Assembly (NCBI GenBank): GCA_036229005.1
Contig: JAZAMN010000045.1
Span: 1-45,598, forward strand
DNA from: Myxococcota bacterium
Lineage (GTDB): Bacteria; Myxococcota_A; UBA796; CAJQPC01
Direction of reading: 5' to 3'
DNA: 45,598 bases
The notes under the pieces are model-generated. The model did no database searches and was not told where the DNA came from. It saw nothing but the letters and a program-made list of their open reading frames with translations. The number at the start of each line of letters is the position of its first letter. Positions within the stretch are counted from its first letter, which is position 1. The position numbers and the translations under genes are program-made. This document shows positions 8,410 to 17,454 of the stretch, one piece after another.

Positions 8410-11400
8410 CCCGAAGGAGGCGCCGGAGCCGGGGACGCTGGTGCAGCCGCGCTTGCGGACGTCGTAGCCGTCGCAGTCCTGGTCGAGTTCGTCGCCTAGG
8501 ACCTCGGCGGCGCCAGGGTGGACGCTGGCGTCGGCGTCGTTGCAGTCGTCCGAGCTGCTGACCCAGTCGGCGCTGGGGTCGCAGAGCTTGTCGCTGTGGT
8601 CGCTGCCGTGGCCGTCGCCGTCCTGGTCCAGGTAGTAGCGGGTGGCCCCGTCCGCGCCCTGCAGGTCGGCGTCGTCGGCCAGGCCATCGCAGTCCTCGTC
8701 GACGTCGTCCGCGTCGCAGATCTCGACGCCGTCGGGGCTCACATCGGCCCGGGTGTCGTCGCAGTCGTCGGCGTTGGCGACCCGACCGTCCTCGGCCGAG
8801 CAGGCGTACTCCAGGGTGGCGGGGTCTCCGTAGCCGTCGCCGTCCCCGTCCGTGTAGAAGGCCACCACGCCGTCGGCGCCGTCCAGGTCGTCGTTCTCGG
8901 CCAGGCCGTCGCAGTCTTCGTCGGTGCCGTCCGCGTCGCAGACCTCACGGGCGCCAGGGTGCACGTCGCTGCGGCCGTCGTCGCAGTCGGTGTCATCGCC
9001 CACGAAGCCGACGGAGGGGGTGCAGGCCAGCTCGGTGATCGCGGCGTCGCCGTAGCCGTCGCGGTCGGCGTCGGCGTACCAGGTGGCCGGGTCGGCGGCG
9101 CTGGCTTCGTCCACGGTGCCGTCGCAGTCCTCGTCCACGCCCACGCCGGAGCAGAGCTCTTCGGTGGCGGGGTGGATGTCGGGGTCGATGTCGTTGCAGT
9201 CGCCGCCGATGGAGATCAGCCTGTCCGAGTCGCAGCGGAAGACCTCCGTGTCGTCGTTGCCGTAGCCGTCTCCGTCGACGTCGGAGTACCAGGCGGTCTG
9301 GCCGGTCGCGCTCGTGTCGCGGTCATCGGGCTTGCCGTCGCAGTCCTCGTCCACGTCCAGCGGGTCGCAGACCTCGGCTGCGCCGGGGTTGATGGCGGGG
9401 TCGCCGTCGTCGCAGTCCAGCCCGATGGAGATCAGCGGGCTGGTCACCACACAGACCTCGACGCGGGAGTGCAGGTCGCCGTAGCCGTCGCCGTCCGCAT
9501 CGGTGTAGGCGGACGTGGTGCCGACCAGGTTGGTGTCGTCGTCGTTCACCAGGCCATCGCAGTCTTCGTCGACGCCGACGCTCTCACAGATCTCGTCCGC
9601 GGCAGGATGGATCCGGTAGTCGCCGTCGTCGCAGTCGCCGTCAACGGTCGCATAGCCGTAGGGCTCGGTGCACTGGTCCAGGGTGTCGGTGGACAGTCCG
9701 TAGCCGTCGTTGTCGCTGTCTCGGTACCAGGTCAGCATGCCCACGCTGGCGTCGCTGTCGTCACAGTCGGTGTTGTCGGAGACGGTGCCGCTGGGGGCGG
9801 TGCAGGCAACGGTCTCCTCGCTTGCGTCACCGAGTCCATCCCCGTCTGCGTCCGCATACCAGCTCAAGAGGGTGATGGAGGCGTCTGTGTCATCACAGTC
9901 CTCATCGCTCACGTACCCGTCCCCGTCGCTGTCGGTGCCGCCAGGGAAGACCTGGATATGGCCACGCACGAGGCTGCTGGGGGGCACCGCCAGGGCGAGG
10001 TCCACCAGCCCGTCCCCATCGAGGTCCTGGTCGGCGAGGGCCACCGCCAGGGTCGCGATCCAGCCAGAGTCCAGGATCAGGTCGGCGCTGGAGCCTGTGC
10101 CGCTGCTGCTGCCGTAGAAGACCTCCACGTGGCCGGTGTAGCGGGTCAAGAGGCCCAGGTCGGCGTAGCCGTCGGCGTTCAGGTCGCCCAGGCCGACGAC
10201 GTCTTCGGTGTAGAGGGCGGAGTCGGCGGGGGTGGGGCCCGCGCTGCCGACGCGCACGCCGCTGGCGTCGCCGTGGATCAGGGTGGAGCTGTCCCGGTAG
10301 GCGCAGAGGGCGTCCGGGTACCCGTCCCCGTCCACGTCGCCCACGGCCACCAGCAGCCCGCAATAGGTGCCGCTGTCGATCAGCGTGGCGCTGCTGGAGA
10401 GGCCGGAGGCGGAGCCGGCGTAGAGCTGCAGGGCCGTGCCCGTGGTGCCCAGGGTGGTGCCGTACTCGTCGGCCAGGACCAGCAGGTCGTCGTAGCCGTC
10501 CGCGTCGAAGTCCGCGACGGCCAGGTCGTCGCCCATCTGCTGGCCGCTCGTGGTGCCCGACACGCTCAAGTGCGCGCTGCCCAGGCCACTGGCGCTGCCC
10601 AGGTAGGCCGTCACGCCGCCGGCGCCGGCGCCCACGCCGGTGTTGAAGGCCAGGTCCGCGTAGCCATCGGCGTTGAAGTCGCCGCTGTCTGCGCGTCGCG
10701 CGGGGCCGTAGCTGGGGGCGGCGCTGGTGAGTGTCTCCAAGGACGCGCCCAGGGAGCTGCCGCCGTAGAGCACGAGGGCTTCGGTGCTGGTGAAGGCCAC
10801 CAGCTCGTCGTAGCCGTCACCGTCCAGGTCTCCGGGCCCGTAGAGCACGCCGTCCAGGGCGCTGACGCCCAGGTCGCTGGGGTCCAGGGTGTCGTCGGGG
10901 GTGTCCGAGATCCCGGCGCTGCCGCCGAAGCTCAAGCCCAGGGCCGCATCGTCGGTGGTGTAGGCCAGGTCACCGTAGCCATCGCCGTCGAAGTCGCCGC
11001 CGGCCAGGGTCTCGCCCAGGTCGTCGTCCCAGTCTTCGGGCTCCCACTCGTAGTCCAGGGTGAGGGCGGGGCTGGAGGCGCCGAGGAGCACGCCGCCAAA
11101 GACGCCGGCCGCGCCGATGCCGATGTCGTCGTAGCCATCGCCGTCCAGGTCCCCCACGCCGGCCAGGGCCTCGATGCCCACGCTGGGGTCGCCCAGGTAG
11201 CTGTCGTCGGCGGTGGTGGAGGGGCCGCCTGAGGCGCCCAGGTGCAGGGTGACCCTCCCCAGGGCCGAGCTCCCGTAGCTGCCGTAGTTGAGCTCGAGCA
11301 GGCCCAGATCGTCCAGGCCGTCGCCGTTCACATCGCCCAGGGCGGCGATGGTCTGGGCGTGTCCGGGCAGGGAGCCCACGTAGGTCTGGTCGGGGCTGCT

Positions 11401-12324
11401 CCCCAGGCCCGCGCTGGAGCCCAGAAAGAGCTCCACGTAGCCGTAGGCCTTGTGGCCGATCGCTACGTCGGTGTAGCCGTCGCCGTCCACGTCCCCCAGG
11501 CCCACGACTTGAGCGCCGTACTTGGGCACGCCGCTGCTGCTGGCCTGGGTCCACGCGGAGCTGGGGCCGCTGGCGCTGCCGCCCATCAACTCGGCGTAGC
11601 CCAGGTCGTAGTCGCCCAGGATCACCTCCTCGTAGCCGTCGCCGTCCACGTCCCCGGCGCAGTCCAGGCTGTCGATGGTGAGCACCTTGCTGGGGGCGTA
11701 GATGACGGGGGTGTCGTCCACCCCGGAAGCGCTGGTCTCAAAGACCGCCAGGTCGCCGTTTCGGTACACGCCGATCAGCTCCGCCGTGCTGTCGCCGTCC
11801 ACATCGCAGAAGACCATGCCGTCTTCCGGGCCGACGGTGGAGGGGGGCTCCATGTCCAGGTCGACGGACTCGTCCACGCCAGCGCTGCTGCCCCAGCGCA
11901 CCGAGACGCTGTCCCGCTCCCCAAAGACCAGGTCGTCGTAGCCGTCGCTGTCCAGATCGTCGCTCAAGATCTGAGGGGGATGGGTGTACATGCCAAAGCT
12001 GCCCACGATCATCAGCGTGTGCTCCGCGGCAGGGCCCGTTGCGCTGCCGGGGAAGAGCCAGTGGTAGCCCCGGTGCCCCAGGCCGGGATCGCTGATGAGC
12101 AACTCGCCGTAGCCGTCCCCGTCCAGGTCGCCGACGCCCGTGAGGCGCTCTCCGAAGGCATAGTCGGTGTCGAAGCCACCCTGCAGCTCGACCTGGGGCT
12201 CCCGGTAGACGGCTCCCGAGAGCTCGCCCGAGCGGGCGAGGGCGTGCGCCCGCGGGGCTGGGGTGCTTCCGCTGTCCCAAGGCACTGGGACACAGGACAG
12301 GAGCATCAAGGAGACGAGCGGCAT
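8362..12324 (-). CDS. FG-GAP/integrin-alpha-like repeat surface protein with MopE-like metal-binding repeats and MYXO-CTERM-like tail
   Basis: Many GD[LV]DGDGY.D motifs; repeated WY.D.DGDGYG..DCDD..HPGA.E.C..DEDCDG; C-terminal GCTSVPGSG-hydrophobic-RRRRRD; N-terminal LLSC. Confidence 0.9.
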   Translation of the reverse strand: MPLVSLMLLSCVPVPWDSGSTPAPRAHALARSGELSGAVYREPQVELQGGFDTDYAFGERLTGVGDLDGDGYGELLISDPGLGHRGYHWLFPGSATGPAAEHTLMIVGSFGMYTHPPQILSDDLDSDGYDDLVFGERDSVSVRWGSSAGVDESVDLDMEPPSTVGPEDGMVFCDVDGDSTAELIGVYRNGDLAVFETSASGVDDTPVIYAPSKVLTIDSLDCAGDVDGDGYEEVILGDYDLGYAELMGGSASGPSSAWTQASSSGVPKYGAQVVGLGDVDGDGYTDVAIGHKAYGYVELFLGSSAGLGSSPDQTYVGSLPGHAQTIAALGDVNGDGLDDLGLLELNYGSYGSSALGRVTLHLGASGGPSTTADDSYLGDPSVGIEALAGVGDLDGDGYDDIGIGAAGVFGGVLLGASSPALTLDYEWEPEDWDDDLGETLAGGDFDGDGYGDLAYTTDDAALGLSFGGSAGISDTPDDTLDPSDLGVSALDGVLYGPGDLDGDGYDELVAFTSTEALVLYGGSSLGASLETLTSAAPSYGPARRADSGDFNADGYADLAFNTGVGAGAGGVTAYLGSASGLGSAHLSVSGTTSGQQMGDDLAVADFDADGYDDLLVLADEYGTTLGTTGTALQLYAGSASGLSSSATLIDSGTYCGLLVAVGDVDGDGYPDALCAYRDSSTLIHGDASGVRVGSAGPTPADSALYTEDVVGLGDLNADGYADLGLLTRYTGHVEVFYGSSSGTGSSADLILDSGWIATLAVALADQDLDGDGLVDLALAVPPSSLVRGHIQVFPGGTDSDGDGYVSDEDCDDTDASITLLSWYADADGDGLGDASEETVACTAPSGTVSDNTDCDDSDASVGMLTWYRDSDNDGYGLSTDTLDQCTEPYGYATVDGDCDDGDYRIHPAADEICESVGVDEDCDGLVNDDDTNLVGTTSAYTDADGDGYGDLHSRVEVCVVTSPLISIGLDCDDGDPAINPGAAEVCDPLDVDEDCDGKPDDRDTSATGQTAWYSDVDGDGYGNDDTEVFRCDSDRLISIGGDCNDIDPDIHPATEELCSGVGVDEDCDGTVDEASAADPATWYADADRDGYGDAAITELACTPSVGFVGDDTDCDDGRSDVHPGAREVCDADGTDEDCDGLAENDDLDGADGVVAFYTDGDGDGYGDPATLEYACSAEDGRVANADDCDDTRADVSPDGVEICDADDVDEDCDGLADDADLQGADGATRYYLDQDGDGHGSDHSDKLCDPSADWVSSSDDCNDADASVHPGAAEVLGDELDQDCDGYDVRKRGCTSVPGSGASFGVALLALALLRRRRRD

Positions 12325-12332
12325 GGAGAACT

Positions 12333-12376
12333 CCAGTTGACATTCAATCTATCGGTGTCAACTGGGGGGTGACAAG
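12333..12376 (-). promoter_or_regulatory. Putative sigma70-type promoter with overlapping inverted repeat
   Basis: Minus strand TTGTCA-N18-TAGATT, conserved with 17352-17395; CCAGTTGACA..TGTCAACTGG dyad. Confidence 0.5.
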
Positions 12377-12382
12377 CAAAAA

Positions 12383-13306
12383 CTAAGCTGGATCGCCCAT
12401 TCTCTCACCGCTCTCCATCCGGCCGCCGTTGATCAGGTCAGCGGCCTTGCGCTTGGGCTTGCCGGGGAGCTGACCCTCCAGGACCTCCAGGCGGCCACTG
12501 CCGGTGCCGATGAACAGGCGCTTGCCGTCCACCTGGACCACGCCGGGCTCGCTGTCGCCGGCGTCCCAGCGGGCGGTCTTGACCTTGAAGACGCCGCCGC
12601 GGAAGGCGCACTGGGTGCCGGGCCAGGGGTTCAGGCCGCGGACCTGGTCGTGCAGCTCCTTGGCGGGGCGGGAGAAGTCCAGCAGGGCGTCCTCCTTGGT
12701 GAGCATGCGGGCGTGGGTGATGCCTTCCGTGGGCTGGACCTGCGGGGTGATGTCGTCGAGCTGCTCCAGGGTCTGGACGATGAGCCTGGCGGTCAGGTGG
12801 GCCAGGCGCTCGGCGAGCTCGGTCTGGGTCTCGTCGGGGCCGATGTCGATGGCCTCACGCAGGAGCACGTCGCCGGTGTCCATGCCCTCGTCCATCTGCA
12901 TGGTGCAGACGCCGGTCTGGGTGTCGCCGCTGAGCAGCGCCCACTGGATGGGGCCCGCGCCGCGCCAGCGGGGGAGCAGGGAGCCGTGGCCGTTGATGCA
13001 GCCGCGCTTGGGCACGCTCAGCAGGTGGGGGGTCAGGATGCGGCCGTAGGCGACGACCACGGCGACGTCGATGTCCAGCTTGCCGTAGTTCTCGGGGAAG
13101 GGGCCGCGCCGCACGCCCTTGGGCTGGCGGGTCTCCAGGCCCAGCTCCCGGGCGCGCACCACCACGGGGGGGCTCTGCAGCTTCTTGCCGCGGCCGACGG
13201 GCTTGTCGGGCTGGGCGACGACGGTGACGACCTCGTGGCCGGCCTCCACCAGGGAATCCAGGGTGGGGACGGCGTAGGCGGGGGTGCCGAAGAAGGCGAC
13301 GCGCAT
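12383..13306 (-). CDS. fmt: Methionyl-tRNA formyltransferase
   Basis: FFGTPAYA, QPDKPVGRG, VVAYGRIL, NGHGSLLPRWRGAGPIQW, MDEGMDTGD, LNPWPG. Confidence 0.97.
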   Translation of the reverse strand: MRVAFFGTPAYAVPTLDSLVEAGHEVVTVVAQPDKPVGRGKKLQSPPVVVRARELGLETRQPKGVRRGPFPENYGKLDIDVAVVVAYGRILTPHLLSVPKRGCINGHGSLLPRWRGAGPIQWALLSGDTQTGVCTMQMDEGMDTGDVLLREAIDIGPDETQTELAERLAHLTARLIVQTLEQLDDITPQVQPTEGITHARMLTKEDALLDFSRPAKELHDQVRGLNPWPGTQCAFRGGVFKVKTARWDAGDSEPGVVQVDGKRLFIGTGSGRLEVLEGQLPGKPKRKAADLINGGRMESGERMGDPA

Positions 13307-13333
13307 GGGGGGCTCCGGGGGCGGGGGCCCGGA

Positions 13334-16300
13334 CTAACTCGCCAGGGGGCGCCGCCGCCGCCGAAGCAGCAGGCCCGCCAGGACCAAGGCCGCCAGCGGG
13401 GTGCCGGACCCGGTGCCGCCGCGGGTGCTGCAGCCGCCGATGCGCGAGTCGCTGCCGTCGCAGTCCTGGTCCACGCCGTCGCGGGGGGTCTCCGGGGCGC
13501 CGGGGTAGACGTCGCCGTCGCTGTCGTCGCAGTCGTCCGCGTTCAGGGCCCAGCCCTCGCCGCCGTCGCAGCGGTCCTCGGTGACGCTGGAGCCGTAGCC
13601 GTCGCCGTCCAGGTCCTCGTTCCAGGGGGTGACCGCGAAGGCGCCCTCGGGATCGGCGTCGTCGGCCAGGTGGTCGCAGTCCTCGTCCACGTCGTCGTCG
13701 TCGCACACCTCGACCGCGCCGGGGTTCACGTCGGCCCGGGTGTCGTCGCAGTCGCTGTGGTCCGCGACGAAGCCGTCTTCGGCCTCGCACAGGTAGACCA
13801 GGGCGGAGACATCGCCGTAGCCGTCCCCGTCGCTGTCCACGAAGAAGCTGGAGGTGCCGCTGGCCAGCTCGGCGTCGTCGTTGCCGGAGAGGCCGTCGCA
13901 GTCCTCGTCGGTGTCGTCGGCGTCGCAGACCTCGGGGGCGCCGGGGTGGACGTCGGCCCGGGTGTCATCGCAGTCGCTGCTGTCGGAGACGAAGTCCGAG
14001 GGGGCGGAGCAGGCCTGCGCGCTGGCGTCGGGATCACCGAAGCCGTCTCCGTCATTGTCGGCGTAGAAGGTGCTCAGATCGGCGGCGTCGCGCTCGTCCA
14101 CCAGCCCGTCGCAGTCCTCGTCCACGCCCACCCCGGCGCAGAGCTCCAGGGCGTCCGGGTGGATGGCGGCGTCCCCGTCGTCGCAGTCGCCGGCCTGCAG
14201 GATGTGGTCGGCCACCTCGCAGGCCAGGACCCCGCCGGACTCCAGGCCGAAGCCGTCTCCGTCGTTGTCGGGGTACCAGGTCTGCAGGCCGCTCACGGAG
14301 TCGTCGGCCTCGTCGGCCAAGCCATCACAGTCCTCGTCGGTGTCCAGAGCGTCACAGATCTCGACCGCCCCGGGGTTCACGGTGGGGTCCCCGTCGTCGC
14401 AGTCCCCCTGCCTCCTCACCGCCCCGCTGGGGGCCTCGCAGAGCTTCAACAGGGTGCTCCCCAGGCCGTAGCCGTCCCCGTCGCTGTCCGTGTACCAGTT
14501 GGCCTGGCCGGTGGCCGAGCTGTCGGCGTCGTCGCTGAGGCCGTCGCAGTCCTCGTCGGTGTCCAGCGCGTCGCAGACCTCTTGGGCGCCCGGGTTGATG
14601 GCGCTGTCGGTGTCGTCGCAGTCTCCATCCACCAACACGGCGCCGCTGGGCTGCGCGCACTGGACCGTGACGCTGCTGCTGTCGCCGTAGCCGTCGGCGT
14701 CAGCGTCGCTGTACCAGGAGGTCCCGGGGTGGACCGCGCTGTCGGTGTCGTCGCAGTCCGTGTCATCCGACACCGTCCCGCTGGGCGCAGTGCAGGCCCG
14801 GGAGCGGTCCGTGGGGTCGCCGTAGCCGTCCCCGTCCGAGTCGCTGTACCAGTCCAGCATCGTGACGCTGGCGTCGCTGGGGTCGCAGTCCTCCGAGTCC
14901 GGCCACCCGTCCCCGTCGCTGTCGGCCTCTCCCGGGAAGATGGCCACGCGCCCCCTGAAGGTCTCTTCGGGCTCCAGGGCGACCGCGAGGTCGGTCACGC
15001 CGTCGCCGTTCAGGTCGGCGCCCGCCGCGATCTCCCCGATCTGGGTGTCCTCGGTCTCCAGCTCGAAGGCCCGGTCCCAGTCGGTGTCCAGGCCGGAGGC
15101 GGAGCCCAGGTAGAGCAGCAGGGTGCCCTCGTTGCCGTCGCCCAGGGCGACATCGTCGTAGCCGTCCCCGTTGGCGTCTCCGATGGCGAAGAACGCCCCG
15201 AACTCCGCGCCCGAGACCGGCGTGGGGCCCGTGCCTGTGCTGCTCAGACCGGTGGCCGAGCCCAGCAGGAGCACAGACCCGGAGGCCTCGCCCACCAGGA
15301 CGTCGTCGTAGCCGTCCCCGTTCACGTCGCCCGGGACCACGGCGCGGTCCAGGAACCAGCCCGAGAGGGTCGTGGACTGGTCCGGCGTGCTCGCCAGCCC
15401 GGAGGCCGAGCCCAGGAAGAGCTGAACGCCCTGCCCGCAGGTGGAGCCGGTCCACTGGGTGGTCAGGATCAGGTCGTCGTAGCCATCCGCGTCCACGTCG
15501 CCGACAGCCAGCGCGTAGCCGACGTACTGCTTGGTGTCCCCCTGAAAGGTCCAGCTCGCGGTGCTCTCGATCCCCGAGGCGCTCCCGGAGTACAGCAGCG
15601 CCTGACCGTGCTTGCGGAAGCTGTGGTCTCCGCCCAGGACCAGGTCCTGGTAGCCGTCTCCGTCAAAGTCCCCGTACACCAGCCCCCACGCCTGGGGCGT
15701 CGTCTCGGCCAGGGTCACCGTGTCGGTGCTCGCGGAGAAGCCCGCGCTGCCCCCGTAGAACACCTCGGCGGCCCCGCCCGCGGTGTCCAGGTCCACGACC
15801 ACCAGCTCGGGGTAGCCGTCGCCGTCGATGTCTCCAGGCGCCCGCAGCAGGGTCCCGGTCCCCGCGAGCGTCTCGTCGTGCGCATCGGAGACGCCGGACG
15901 CCGCGCCCCAGCTCAGGCCCACCCCCGCCTCGCCCAGCCCGTAGGCCAGGTCGTCGTAGCCGTCGCCGTCCCAGTCGTCCGTGGCCAGGCTCAGGCCCAG
16001 CTCCCCGTACCAGTCCTCCGGCTCCCACTCCGTCGCCAGGGTCATCCCCAGCCCAGCATCGAGCTCCAGCACGCCGGCGAACAGCGCCTCCTGCCCGATC
16101 ACCAGGTCAGGCACCCCGTCGCCGTTCACGTCCCCCGCGGCCCCCAGCGCGCCGATCCCCACGCTCGGGTCCCCCAGGTAGCTGGCGTCGGCCGTCGTGG
16201 AGGGCCCCCCGGTGGCCCCCAGGTGCAGGGTGATGCGCCCCAGCGCCGTGGTCCCGTAGCTGCCATAGAGCGGCTCCAGCAGCGCGAGGTCGTCCAGGCC

Positions 16301-17344
16301 GTCGCCGTCCACGTCCCCCGGGGCGGCGATTTGCTGCGCGTGCCCAGCGATGCTGCCCAGGTAGGTCTGGTCGGGTGTGGTCGCGGGCCCGGTGCTGCTC
16401 CCAAGGAACAGCTCCACGTAGCCGTAGGCCTTGTGCCCCACGGCGAAGTCGTCGTAGCCATCGCCGTCCACGTCCCCCAACCCCACCACCTGGTAGCCGT
16501 ACTTGGCCACCCCGGCGCTGGTGCTCTGGGTCCAGTCCGGGGTGGTCCCCAGCCCAGCGCTGCTCCCCAGATACAGGTTCGCGGTCCCGCTGATGTAGTC
16601 GCCGATCAGCACGTCCTGGTAGCCGTCGCCGTTCACGTCGCCCGCGCAGTCGATCACGCAGTTGAAGGGGCCCTTCCCCACCTTGGTGGAGGCGCTCGCC
16701 AGCCCCGCGCTGCTCCCCGCGAACCACTCGAAGCCGCCGTCCGCCGTGACCGTCAGGTCCGGGTAGCTGTCGCCGTTCACGTCGCAGAAGGCCGCGTCGG
16801 TCAGCACGCCCATGTTCTCGGTGACCGTGAGGCTCTGGGTCGCGGTCTCGCTGATGCCGCTGGCGCTGCCCTCCCACACCTTGATGGTCGCGTCCCAGAG
16901 GTCCTCCCGCTGGCGGATCACCAGGTCCTCGTAGCCGTCCTGGTTCACGTCCGCGTGGGCGATGCCCGCCCAGGATTCGCTGCTGAGCTGCCCCTCCAGC
17001 AGCAGATCCTCGTCCTCCGATGCGCCCGCCGGGTCCCCCTCGAAGAGCCAGCTGTAGCCTCGGCCGCCGTAGTGGGCCGCGCGCACCAGCACCTCGTCGT
17101 CCCCGTCCCCGTCCAGGTCCCCGACCCCGGTGAGCTGGTCCCCGAAGTCCATGGTGTCGTCGTAGCCACCCCAGATCGTGCTCTCGGCGGTGGTGGACAC
17201 GGTCCCCGACAGCCCGCCGGAGATCGCCAGCCAGCCCGAGGGGTCGATCGCATCGCGCGCACCTGGGACAGCGCGCTCACCCGGGAGAGCGGAGTCCACG
17301 CCGGGCGAAGGCGCGCAGGAGAGGAGCAGGCTGAGCAGGTTCAT
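13334..17344 (-). CDS. Paralogous FG-GAP / metal-binding repeat surface protein with MYXO-CTERM-like tail
   Basis: Same architecture as 8362-12324 with shared strings (GHKAYGYVELFLGSS, SYLGDPSVGI, EWEPEDW); tail GGCSTRGG..LVLAGLLLRRRRR. Confidence 0.9.
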   Translation of the reverse strand: MNLLSLLLSCAPSPGVDSALPGERAVPGARDAIDPSGWLAISGGLSGTVSTTAESTIWGGYDDTMDFGDQLTGVGDLDGDGDDEVLVRAAHYGGRGYSWLFEGDPAGASEDEDLLLEGQLSSESWAGIAHADVNQDGYEDLVIRQREDLWDATIKVWEGSASGISETATQSLTVTENMGVLTDAAFCDVNGDSYPDLTVTADGGFEWFAGSSAGLASASTKVGKGPFNCVIDCAGDVNGDGYQDVLIGDYISGTANLYLGSSAGLGTTPDWTQSTSAGVAKYGYQVVGLGDVDGDGYDDFAVGHKAYGYVELFLGSSTGPATTPDQTYLGSIAGHAQQIAAPGDVDGDGLDDLALLEPLYGSYGTTALGRITLHLGATGGPSTTADASYLGDPSVGIGALGAAGDVNGDGVPDLVIGQEALFAGVLELDAGLGMTLATEWEPEDWYGELGLSLATDDWDGDGYDDLAYGLGEAGVGLSWGAASGVSDAHDETLAGTGTLLRAPGDIDGDGYPELVVVDLDTAGGAAEVFYGGSAGFSASTDTVTLAETTPQAWGLVYGDFDGDGYQDLVLGGDHSFRKHGQALLYSGSASGIESTASWTFQGDTKQYVGYALAVGDVDADGYDDLILTTQWTGSTCGQGVQLFLGSASGLASTPDQSTTLSGWFLDRAVVPGDVNGDGYDDVLVGEASGSVLLLGSATGLSSTGTGPTPVSGAEFGAFFAIGDANGDGYDDVALGDGNEGTLLLYLGSASGLDTDWDRAFELETEDTQIGEIAAGADLNGDGVTDLAVALEPEETFRGRVAIFPGEADSDGDGWPDSEDCDPSDASVTMLDWYSDSDGDGYGDPTDRSRACTAPSGTVSDDTDCDDTDSAVHPGTSWYSDADADGYGDSSSVTVQCAQPSGAVLVDGDCDDTDSAINPGAQEVCDALDTDEDCDGLSDDADSSATGQANWYTDSDGDGYGLGSTLLKLCEAPSGAVRRQGDCDDGDPTVNPGAVEICDALDTDEDCDGLADEADDSVSGLQTWYPDNDGDGFGLESGGVLACEVADHILQAGDCDDGDAAIHPDALELCAGVGVDEDCDGLVDERDAADLSTFYADNDGDGFGDPDASAQACSAPSDFVSDSSDCDDTRADVHPGAPEVCDADDTDEDCDGLSGNDDAELASGTSSFFVDSDGDGYGDVSALVYLCEAEDGFVADHSDCDDTRADVNPGAVEVCDDDDVDEDCDHLADDADPEGAFAVTPWNEDLDGDGYGSSVTEDRCDGGEGWALNADDCDDSDGDVYPGAPETPRDGVDQDCDGSDSRIGGCSTRGGTGSGTPLAALVLAGLLLRRRRRPLAS

Positions 17345-17351
17345 GGGGTTC

Positions 17352-17395
17352 CCAGTGGACGTTCACCCTATACGTGTAACCCACAGGTTGACAAG
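17352..17395 (-). promoter_or_regulatory. Putative promoter homologous to 12333-12376
   Basis: TTGTCA-N18-TAGGGT; gap-free 44-bp alignment with the paralog's upstream region. Confidence 0.5.
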
Positions 17396-17454
17396 TCTGG
17401 AATGCGCTCGGGCCCATCGTCCAGGTGTACCCTCCCGATCCCGGAGTTCTCCCC

